Source: Amphiscolops sp. MND2022
Taxonomy: Eukaryota
Length of the DNA stretch: 64,000 nt
Reading direction: 5' to 3'
Assembly (NCBI GenBank): GCA_964187785.1
Contig: OZ076409.1
Span: 46,688,001 to 46,752,000 of the forward strand
Shown in pieces: positions 26,397-38,621 of this stretch (position 1 is the first letter of the stretch; each line of letters opens with the position of its first letter). The translations under genes and the position numbers were made by a program. The notes under the pieces are model-generated. The model was not told the origin of the DNA and made no database searches. It saw nothing but the letters and a program-made list of their open reading frames with translations.

Positions 26397-29300
26397 AATT
26401 AGGACGCAAAATGAGTATTACTACTCTTCTAAGTTTGCGCCCTTGAGAACCAAACATGTGCCTCACTTAATTTCATTTTTTCTTAGAAAAACAAATTGAA
26501 TAGATCTTTGTTATCAACTATATATAACTTTGTCAATGTCCGATATAGTTCTTGACAGTTATTGCCGGCAGATCTTTCAGGTTCATAGGGATGAGTTTCA
26601 GTTCCATTAACCAGTTATGTGCTATGCGTAGCGAGTTTGTCAGAGATTTACGCTTTAAAGTAGTTCTACAGTAAATAGATGGCAGTAGTTGTTTTCTTCT
26701 GAACCTAGTTAAGTGTATATTTTCGGGCATACTTCCAAGATTCAAAAGCTGTGACGGTGATTCCAATCTTATTTGCTTAAACAGTTCTTTTATCAGTTCC
26801 ACAAGAAACAGCTCAAAAACAGTGAGAACACCTTCTTTTGTAAAGATTTCACTTAGTGAATCCGTCCTTTGCATGAAAAAGATTGCCCTCAGGATTCGTC
26901 GTTGTGCCTTTTCAATTTTTACTAAGTTTGTTTTTGCAGCAGAGCCATATACAAGTATACCGTACATAATTATTGATTTAGCAAACGAATTGTAGAACAA
27001 GAGTAAACAATTTTTCGGATAGAGATGACGAACACGATAGATTAATCCACAAAATATATTGAGTTTTTTTACAACATAATCGATGTGATCTCTAAACTTC
27101 AAATTTTTGTCTATGTACACTCCTAGATACTTACATGCATTTTTGTACTCAACTTGTTGTCCATCTATTTCAACTTTCTCTGGTTTTCCTAAGCCGAAAC
27201 AGATGCTCTCGCATTTGTCTATGTTAACAGTTAATTTATTGGAACAGAACCATTTAAACATACAGTCAACATCTTTTCTAATTAAATTATCAACTCGTTT
27301 TCCTGCTTTAATTACAGTTGTATCGTCAGCAAACATTGCTAATTGACTGTTTTCAACACATTTTTCGATGTCATTTATATAAATGAGAAAGAGAAGCGGA
27401 CCTAAAACTGAACCCTGTGGAACCCCGGTACTTAACAAATTTACTTGGCTTTCCATTCCGTTAATTATGGTATATTGTCTTCTTCCATGGAGATAACTTT
27501 CAAGAATTTGCAATACTTTTCCTCTGAAGCCATATTTTTCAATTTTATCTAGCAATATGCTGTGATCAAGTGTATCAAACGCTTTTTTAAGGTCAATGAA
27601 ACAAGCTTGGCCGGTTGACTTTTTGTCAATTTCATCTCTCATATACTCAGTGACTGAGATAATTGCATTAATACAGGACATTTTTTCTCTGAAACCAAAC
27701 TGCTTTGATGACAGTATTTCATTTTTTTTGCAGAAGACTACCATTCGTTCGAACAAAAGATGCTCGTAAACTTTAGAAAGAGAACTTAGTAGGCTAATTG
27801 GTCTATAGTTTTCAGGATTCGAATAATCACCTTTTTTGTATAAAGGTATTACTTTCGTCAATTTTAAAGACGATGGGAATACACCTTGATCTATTGATTT
27901 ATTAAAAATGTCAACTAAAAAAGGCTCGACTATTGGCGAGCAACATTTTAGAATTTCGTTGCTTATTCCATCGTGACCGGCACTTTTCTTGTTCTTAAGT
28001 TTTCTCAGAACCTTCGAAACTTCATCTTCGTTGGTATGTGATAGTACCATTGTTCTCTTAATTCGCTCAATTTTACATTTACGTTTTTGAATCGGTATTT
28101 CAGATGATAATGCCGGACCGATTGAAGTGAAATAATTGTTCAATATTTCTGAACTTGGTGTCTGTGGAATGCTACGTTCTTGTCGTTTTTGTTGCTTCAA
28201 TGTGTTGTAAATTGTCTTTGGAGTTGGTTGGTGACCTAGTCTCTTCAGATTAGCATCACGTTTTGCTGCTCGTATTTTTTGTGTCACTTCATTCCGTTGT
28301 TTTCTATATGCTGAACGATTAGTCTCATTGGGATCATTAATCCATTTTTGAAATAGTTTGTCCCGTTTCGTAATAGCTCTCTTTATTTGATTCGTGATCC
28401 ATTCAGTAGGTCGCTTGTTTTGCGCAATGTTCTTTTCCGGAGCAAACTTTTCAATACACTCCATTATTGTTTTCGCTAACAATTCAACTTTGTGATTTAT
28501 GTCAATTTCATCAGGTATTCGCTGTAGTTTATTCAGCAGGAGGAATAAGAAGTTCAGCGCCTTTTCACCTTTGATTTCCCTTAAATTGCGGTATTTAGTT
28601 ACTGCTGTTAAATTTTGAGGCAATACTGAGGAACCTCTAAGTAAAATATCTGCAGTAACTGTGTAATGATCGCTGATTGTGGTGGGTATAGTGTTCGTTT
28701 TTAAAAAGCTTGAAGTTATCATATGATCAAGACAGCTTCTTGAATAAGGGGTAACTCTCGTCGGCAGTGTATTTTGAATTTCAAAATCATATGCAGCCAA
28801 AAGATTCTCATATTGTTTTTTTTCAGCGCTTTCTTTCAGTGTGTCAATGTTAAAGTCACCGAAGATCAATGTGTCGACCCTCTGGCTTTTCAAAAAGGAT
28901 AGGATGTTTTCGAATTCCTCAAAGAAGTAATTTAGGTTGACACTGTCAGGTCTGTATATTAGACAAAAATTCATTGTATTCAAGTCATCAAACTGGACTT
29001 CGAACAGCGAGCACTCTTACTTATTTTCGATTTTCAGCGGTTTGTTTTTTACTGAGTTTTCGAAATAGAAAGCGACTCCTCCTGATCGTCGCTTACTTTC
29101 AGTTCTCGCAAAAGACCTAATGGGTTGATAGCCTTGCAAATCGTATTGATCCATATCATCATTTCCACCTATCCGTGTTTCTGTTAATAGAATTATTTTT
29201 GGTTTTTTTTGCAAGGTGTTAATCATGACATTTAGCTCATCAAGATGCAGCTTTAAAGATCTTATATTCATTCCTAACACTACTTCATGTTTCATTGGCG

Positions 29301-32300
29301 CAATGATTTGGTTCTCAAAACAAAAAGAGTTTGTTGCGTTTTTCCGAGAAGATTTGCAGTCAAACTTTGTTTTTAATTTTTTGGTGTTGTCGTTGAACCG
29401 TTTTCTTATTTTGTTTTTTTTTGTTAGTTCAAGTTTGACCGCAAACTATACGCCCGAAGTGTTTGTTACGCCCGAAGTTACTTTCTGAAAGAAAAAAGTG
29501 GAGCTTGGAAAATTACAATGAAAAAGCCTAAACTTGAATCATTTTAGGCTGCTAAACCACTGAATCATTTGTCATTGAAATTAAGATCAAAAATCATCAA
29601 GTTTCATCATATTGCATGCCCTGGAACAATTGAACCTCTCAGAACACAGGTAAAAGTATGGATAAAAGATTTGGAGCCATGAAACTTGTTCACACATACT
29701 ACAATGTTCAAATCTAACTTTCAGAAAACTTGAGGTTTAATTCCATCATTACGCTATTCTGTCTAACCTCTTCATTGACAGTTCTAGAAACATTGGAAAG
29801 ATTTGAACAAGAGGCCGGCTCAAAGAAATGAGCCAGTTATTTGTAAACAAGTCAAGCTGTTTTCTCCTTTGATCTATTCCAAAGCTATCCTCACAGCGGA
29901 CTGCTTAATTTTATGGATCGACCATTATAACATTTATTTGAAAGTGGTCGCTAACCGATCAACTTCTAAAAACAAAATAATTGGCTATTATTCGACCTAA
30001 GCCCGGATAAGCCGAGTTTATAAATTGGGCATTTAATCAATCTATAGTTAATTTGTAGTACCCGTTTATACGGGAACTTGTAAGGCCCTGTTGGCTAAAA
30101 GAAAACGTGACTCCGAGTCAATCAAAGCTTCCGACTTAAATCGTTCAGTTATCAAGCTAACTTCGCTCCGGTCGTACTACATTTAAAATCGAACTGAACA
30201 TGTTCGAAATATGAACTTTTATGACTGATTTGACATTTCTTCTAGTTCCCATTTGTTTCTCTAAGCTTATCCATTCGTTGTCTTCTAATTGAGCGAGCCG
30301 GGAACGGCTCAAGTGCGCGCTACACAAAAGCAACAGTAATCGAGAAAATTCATAAAAATCTCAATTCTGGCAATTATTCAAAGGGGTTACCTTTGAGGCC
30401 GAAAATCCTTTTTTCTTACTGAAAAGTAAAAAAAACTCAAAAGGGGGATTTCTTGGTATCGTCTAGCTTTGAAAACGGCAACCCTTTGGTTGGCTTTCAT
30501 GTTTCCGTGCAACACAGCAGGGAAGCAATAAAAAACAAATAACGAATGAATTCATAAGAATTCTTTAAAAATCTATTGGTTGAAATTGCTTTGTTAAAAA
30601 AATATCACTACGTTGATCAAGTGATTTGAAAGTTCCAGTGATTTGTGTCATATTCGGTTCACTCCGACTTCCATGACCTCAACCGAGATTCGGTCTACAA
30701 ACCTACAAACTGTCTACGTACCAGTTAGAGTAAATAGAAGTGTTGACAAACAAACTCAAAATGCGATAATTTACATTTGATGCATTAATACAATTACCTA
30801 AAGTTCAATTATGGCGTGAACTAGAGTTTTTAGTTTTAACAATATTCTTTTCTCTTATCAGTTAAACTAGTAGAATAGAACATGGCGCAGTCAGCCAATT
30901 TTTAAACAATTGAAACAAACTTCTTATTACAAAACACAGAATGGCAGGAAAAAACATGGTCCCAAACCTCGAAGCAAGAGCCACGGACGGAAACCCGGAA
31001 TTTACACCGAGACAGTGGCTTGATAGATTCCGGCAGTTTTGCAAACGGGAACACAAAATAGCACATTGCTGAAAAGAGAAGAGATCACAACAACCGAATT
31101 GACCGGAAAAGATCAAGCAATTCAAGAAGACGTCTTATGGGGAGTGGGTTAGGAAGCATTTTACCAAGTAACTAGGGCCGAACATAAAACGGAACCCGAC
31201 AGTATAAAAGTGAAAGATCTGATCCGGTTGTTCACCGAGTTCTACATGCCGAAAAGAAACACTTACCAAAACTGTGGAGATTTCTTCTGGGCAAAACAGA
31301 CCGAAGAAGAAACGCCAGAAGAATTTTGGAGACGGTTAACTGAAATTGAAAAAGAATGTAATTTTAATACAATTTCGGCTGAAAAGTTGCTGATATCAAA
31401 GTATATGACCGCAATCACCGATAAAAAATTACGGGATAAAACAATGAAAGAAAAAACATTGGAACTAAAGAAGATAATAGAATTGATTAAACAGAATACA
31501 TATGAGAAGAAAAACAAAAAGAACACAATACCGGAAGCTTTGATATCAACAAAAGAAAAACATATAATAAAAGAGGAACCAATTTAAAGAATGGCACGAT
31601 TCGGAACAAGACCGAAAAACTAAAACTTCGGTAACCGTGCATGCAGCTTTTGTACCGCACCAAATTGGTCACCAATGCATAAATGTCCCGCATTAGACGT
31701 CAACTGTAACAAATGCGGAAAGAAAGGACACTACGCAAAAGCATGCAGACAGAAGACAAACTACAACCGAACCGTGGAAAAACTAACCGAAAACGAAACT
31801 AATGAATCCGACGAACCATCAAGCGAGTCCGAAGAAAGTATTCATTACATAGAAAAAATGAAGAAAATCGACGAAACAAACAAACAAACACTTCACTAAA
31901 ACGCTAAAGATCAATGGAGTAATGAACGAATTCATAATAGATACTGGATCACCAATATCAATAATGCCACGGGATGAAAAACTTATGAGATCAACCGAAA
32001 TACCAAAAAAAAACAAACAGATACCAAGACGTGAACAAAAACGAACTAAAGTTGCGGGGGGAATTCCGGTAAATGTCGAATATGAAAACAACCAACAAAA
32101 ATTGGAAATTTTGATAACCGAGAGAACAGACATGACACCACTACTCAGGATGGATTGTATGAAGAAATTCAAACTAACAATGGGCAAAACACAATTGCGA
32201 AAATACCTGAAAAAAGGAACAGCGGATTTGGGAAGAAAAACAACAAAAAAGTTTTGAAAAAATAAAAGAAATGTTAACCGAGGGTCCATGCTTGGCACAT

Positions 32301-35300
32301 TACGCCAAACTAATATAGTACCAACGGACACCAGCATTACCAGGCTAGGAATAACGTTATGGCAAAAACAGGACGACGGCAACACAAAACCGATAGCGTT
32401 CGGAAGTAGATATTTGAACGATACCGAAAAGAAATAATTTATCAGTGAATTAGAACTACTAGCAGTAGTATGGAGACTTGAAAAGTTCCGATTTTATTTA
32501 TACGGAATGAAAGTTTACTTGTATACCTATCACCAAGCATTAGAACCATTGATTGGAAGGAACCGGAGCAACAAACAATATAGCGCGAGACTAACAAGAT
32601 GCTTAGATCGCTTAGCTCACTTCGATATATCAATACAACATATTGCAGGAGGCAACCTGGAATTCACCGAATAGGTTAGTAGAAATCCGGTAGGGGGAAC
32701 CACACCGGAAGGAAAATACCACGAAGAATACGTAATCAACATACTTACCGAACAAGCAAAATTGAACATAGAACACGGAGCAATAATCGCCGACCAATCA
32801 AAATGCGACAAAGCGAAAACCGAAGCACAGAATGATGCATCCGAACAACAAAATGAGAAACGCGCAACCCAATCACATACGGATAGAACATTCGAGGACA
32901 AATACGGCGTGAATAAATATCAACAAAACGAAAAAGCTACATCCGGGCAGTCCAAAATTAACACGCGAAAGTCGAGTTGCTTACCGAAAGAAATGAAAAG
33001 TTCAAATCAAATTCCAAAACTTCAAAATCTAAATACAGAAGTTACCGAAATGGATCGCGAAAACATTTATCATTGGGGCGCCACACGTGAAATTGTTGAG
33101 ATTATCCGCAGACGAAACAACAGTCCGGAAACACGCAGGCTAATAGAGCAGAGAAACAAGTTATCCTGGCAAGGAACATTGCGATACCGGTATGACCATT
33201 ACACACAACTGACAGTATTCGCCCCATCACGACCAAATAAAGAAGTCGAGAAGAAATAGAAAAGATTGACGCAGAGATTATGAGGAGAGCTAATAGGTTG
33301 GGAGGCGGAATTCAGCCAAAATAGAAGAACAAGAACCGGAAGAAATACGGGAAGAAGGCGAACTGGAAGTCGAGGCTGCTCAGACGGAAGAAGACTGTGT
33401 GATAATGCGGGGCGAAAACTTGCCAATATTAGACCTCAAAAAATACAACACGGAAGGAAAGGAAGCGCATTATGTCCAGATTAACCACATTGTGGGAAAA
33501 CTGACGAGCTACAAAAAGATAACGGAAGACCATATCAAGAGGGCCGAATTCAAGTTTAGGATGGTCTTACAAACGATTATTGTCTAAACGGCAATCGATC
33601 CGGAGCTAACCCGCGTCAGGAACAGTAAGCGGAAAGAAGACCGGGAGACAATCCCGGATGGCTACCGGACTGTTTTTGACAAGCTGTCCATCAGATGGGG
33701 ATTGGTCTTTGTGGATGACCAAATCGTGGTACCAATAGACCTAAGACGACGGCTTCTGGACATTCTTCACTTCAGTCTTCTAGCTTAACGAAAATGACAT
33801 CAGAAGCTAAGATAATTTGGTGGCCCGAAAGGAAGCAAGGTATCGAAAACAAAGTGAAAGACTGTACAGCCTGCTTTGCATCAGGTAAAAACCTTAAATA
33901 TTAATTACCGAAAAAATACTACCAAAAGATAAAAACCAACCGATCCCGGTCAAGAAATACAAATTGATTTCACCGGAAAACTACATAGTAAACACATACA
34001 CGGTGAAGTACAAATACTAATAGATTGATTTAGTAAATGACCGACGGCAAAAAACTTTGCAAAACAGCGGATACCAAAGATGCCATAAATTTTCAATCGA
34101 GTAATATCAATTTGTACGGAATACCAGAAAAAATTAAATCCAACAAAGGGGAGCTTCCGTTTCCAAAGAGTATCGGGAATTTTGCAAAAACCGAGATATT
34201 GAATATGAATATTGCACACCCCGAGTACCGAGCACATGCGGGAAACGGAGCAGTGGAGAGAGCAATACAAACATTAAAAAACCTAATCATAGCAAACATA
34301 GAAGACGGCTTAAGTCTAACCGAAAGTGTGAACTGAGCATTACGCGTAATGCGGTTCACAATACATACGGGACTAAAACTAACACCATTTGATTTACATC
34401 ACGGTAGAAAACTGAGAACCGAATTAACGAACACCGTTAAAGACGGAAAATCATGCTCATCTATTTGGTCAGAGTTGTCTGTTTCAGCACCGAACATACC
34501 AAAAATTCCCATATATGTGGGCCGCGATGCAGATGGGGATGTCCCGAACCATATAATTATGGCAAAATGAAGACGGAGGAAAAACACCTCAGTGAAGGAC
34601 CGAAATCACCGAAGAAGGAAAATTCGGTTAGATATACTTTCTACTTTGTTGAAAAGAATTACAACAAAAAATCCCCGGAAGGATAATTCCAGAAAAAATC
34701 AAACCGCGATAAGCGGAACCGAAAGTGCTATAAAAACGGATACCGGAAAAATAATTAACGGAAAATTTATTTCGGGACCATTGTTTCAGAACGAAAGAAG
34801 GATCAGGAAAGAACCGGCAGTGAATACAACCGGCGAGATTAATCCAAAAAATCGACACTGCCTACGCGGACTGGACGGGAAGTATGGCCTCTGGGATGAA
34901 ATCCTTCGGGACATCCTGAACGGTAAACAAAAAATCGTCCAAAACAAAAAGCGGACAGAAAGTGACACCGATGATGAAGATGACCAAGAAGACGATGAAG
35001 AAATGCCGGAAGAAACTGGAAAGCCAACAGTATACAACACATCCGAAAGAGACGGGAGATATGTGCCAATACGGACAAATCCGGAAGAATACACACTGCT
35101 GCTATATACCGACAGTGAAATACCGGGTGAGAGTTTAAAAACACAAACAAGACGATCTAACAGGGATAGTAAAAGACCGAAAAGATACGGCAGTATACCT
35201 TACACGAGAAACTTCTGGGGGTGAAATTAAAATGTTTAATGAACATTATCTATATTACAGGTACTGTGTGTAACCGATATAAAGGAACGCCCAAACCGGA

Positions 35301-38300
35301 GTTGATTCAAAAACCAGCTGATTTCCTCCCGGAGGATACTACAACACCAGGCCCTAGTAGAATAGGCCCCATTCTAAACTAGTAGAATAGAACAATTTGA
35401 ACTGCCACTTCAGCCATCGCTCACAAAATTGCAACAAGATATGTAATTTGCATCGCAATCCTCTGAAGAAAGAAATATGATACTAGAAAAGATAATCACT
35501 TGTCTGGGATGTTTTAAATTTCCTACGTTTTTGAAAACTACGATGCATGTTATTTGAATTAACTCGTTGGGAAGCTTTTTATAAACGGAAATAGCTTAGT
35601 TCCTTTAGAACGCAGAGCTTTGATGCTTCTTAAAGTTTGAATTGAGAGAAGCTGGAAATTGAAAGAAGCCATGATATGAATATTCAATTGGGGCTGACCG
35701 ACTAACTTTCACTTAAATTTAATGATGCGCTTTTTTAATGGGTCGTCATTCTTGGAGCAAAAAAATGCTTTGGACTGGGTGGTAGCTTTTTTGGCTGCTT
35801 TTTAACAGCATTTGTGATACGTGACCGGATATGCAACTCAAATGGTAGAATTTCGGTCCCAGGTGAAATTAATTTGGAGTGACACAATCGCTTCAGTGGA
35901 GGTACATCACTGAATTCAAACTAACAGCCACCTTTGTTCTTAGCATTAACGGGCCCCGGAGAGCGGTGATTGAATTAAGGTCGCGCAACCACAAACTTCC
36001 AACTTTGTAATTCAATCAGAAACCGTGCAAGCCACTGCTCAAAATGTTTCCTTTGTTTTTCAACAGCAATGGGCGAACAAAGTTAAAACCTATCCGCGCT
36101 CTGGGTGAATACGTTATGGCATAAATGGATTACGAAGCGTAACCAATTGGCTTCAATCATCTAATTACGTCGCTATAAATGACGGCTGAGAGGAATTCGA
36201 CATTCGGACATCTGCATTGGTGTAATTTAGCCGGATTACTCTAAAGCTCAATGCTTTTCGTTAGATTGCCCCTGACAACCCAACGCTTGAAAGGACACAT
36301 CTAATCCCTCAGAGAGGACTCGCCTCAACCAATAAATCCGTCCCGGTCGCAATGTTGGTATCTTCACCCCTCTCTTTCACCCAGTGCTGCAACGAAGAAA
36401 TTACCAATGAAAGGAGAGTCCAATATAGTCGCACAAAAATGCTACAGCGATTCCCTGGTGGAATGATTTTGGAATTGAAAACCCAATAAAAAAGCTAATT
36501 ATTCATACTTTGAGGTCTGTAGTTTTCACATTACTGTGACTAAGTACACTAAGTAAAATACGGATATGTGAGTAGCATTTTTGAACTAGATTCTTTCTAC
36601 TCAGAAGCAAGTAAATGTATTTACAGGCAAGCGTAGTTTGTATAAATCAATCCGTCAAAATAACAGAAGATTTGATGTTGTATCAACTAACCACCCGGGG
36701 CACCCAATCAAAATTTAATTAACTTTTCTACTGGAATTCAAACGAACATCTTTCAACATTTTTAAAAAGCATATTACTCGACCATTATCTCCTTTTTTCT
36801 CCGTTTTCAGTATTTTCTCAGACCGTCCTCTAATTAAGTAGAAACGTATGATTGAAATGTTTCTAACATAATACAATTACGAAACCCCCTTCTCGAACCC
36901 GCAAAGAGTTTGCAGCTTTTGATTAAAAACTCTCGAATAAAAAACTTCCTAACTGAAACAATAGCTCAATAAAAAGAGCTATGTTCTTTGTTTAGTCAAG
37001 AGTAAGTATATCCCTGTGATATGTTACCATTATTCATTACCTCAGAACTCTTCAGTACAAAGCATTGTATGTGCTTGAAACTTTTGATCATCAAAATATT
37101 CTTCCCAAGATGCAGAGAAAGGTGAAGACGGGCTCTTCAAATAAGAAGCTATTCTTTTTCCCTTAACATTTGCTTAAAATTAGATGGATAAAAGAAAATC
37201 TGAATCCGCATGCACATCTACTGACTTGCAGAAACTTCAAGGTATTCAAATTGGCAGTATTTCAAGTTAGCGGGTGGTATTGAGAAATGCTTTCAATGTC
37301 GCTCTTTTTCAAAAACCGTTTGAAGGCTTTTTACCTTTCAGGGACTTGCGTGGCCAAACACAGAATCTAAAAACTCCGATATTGTATACATGACCATGCG
37401 TGGGTTTAGATGATTTTAATTGCCGTGAAGGACATTGCATAAGACGTCAATACGAATGGTGCAACGTAGTTGGTCCCTGCGAAAATTCAATAGACTCAAG
37501 AAGAGCCATTATATATTTGGAAGACTACATTTACTTCTAACATTAATGGCAAGCAATAGTAATATTTTTTTCTTTGCATCTGTTCATCCTTGATTGATGG
37601 ATGTTTGATGCTTCTATGGATGGCGATGGATGAAACATTCAACCACAATGAACCTTTTTTGATTAATTTTAAAACATTATCATGCATCTCGTCCTGACTT
37701 CTTTCATAAGCGACTCAATTTTTATTCGATAGGAAAAATGGGTCTGTTCAAGACAAACCGTGAATCAAAATGTAGACAAGAACCCATTACTTATGTTACA
37801 TGTTAGTCTGTAGTTCTGAAGACTTTCCTTACAAGTCAGGCACTCAAAGACATATTCTATCGCTACAAATCTTCCTAATTTAGTGGCAATAACTTCATGC
37901 TGTAAAATCCAACAAATCTCTCAGATTTTCGCAAAATTTCGTTTTGCAGCGTTAAGTATTACACTTTCCTCAGGAAGTAGATGTCTTTTTCAGTAGCAAA
38001 ATTCTAATAACCTCGGAAATTAAACAAAACATGTGTATTTCATGATAAACTTTTCTTGGAGAAATGAAAATTAAACGGCTAATACTAATTTTAGGTAGTA
38101 TCTCTGAACAGTTTATTTTTTCTAAAGAATGAATTGAAACGAAGATTGTTTATCCAGATATTTTACCCTCAAGTTATTAAGAATACTTGAAAATATGTCA
38201 AAAGTTTTCCTTATTCTTTCCTGATAATATGTTTCTCTTTGTTTACAAAATATAAATTGAATCTTTCATTTTTTCCCAGGATTTTGTTAAACCTCTTTTC

Positions 38301-38554
38301 ATTGCGTCACTCAACCGTTAATTAAACGAGTGACCCATTTAAGGCGGATGGCACGGACGACGCAATTCCAGGATGCAAATTTCAATGGGCGGCCGCTCAT
38401 CACAGATAAAAATGCGGAAATTAGGGGAGGCGAGGTTCCACCACTAGGAGGCTGTGCATAATGTCAATTGCTTAAGCAACAGTGTTGAGCTTGGTCGTAA
38501 GTTGCAACCATGGTGTTGGTCGAAACTGACAATATTAATTGATTTTGTGTGAAC

Positions 38555-38621
<67 letters not shown>

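Larger units (their letters stand above)
26274..29487 (-). mobile_element. CR1/L2-group LINE, nearly intact ORF2, 5'-truncated
   Basis: APE + RT ORF2, structured 3' UTR, AATAAA followed by a (TGTTC)n tail at ~26274-26295. Confidence 0.93.
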
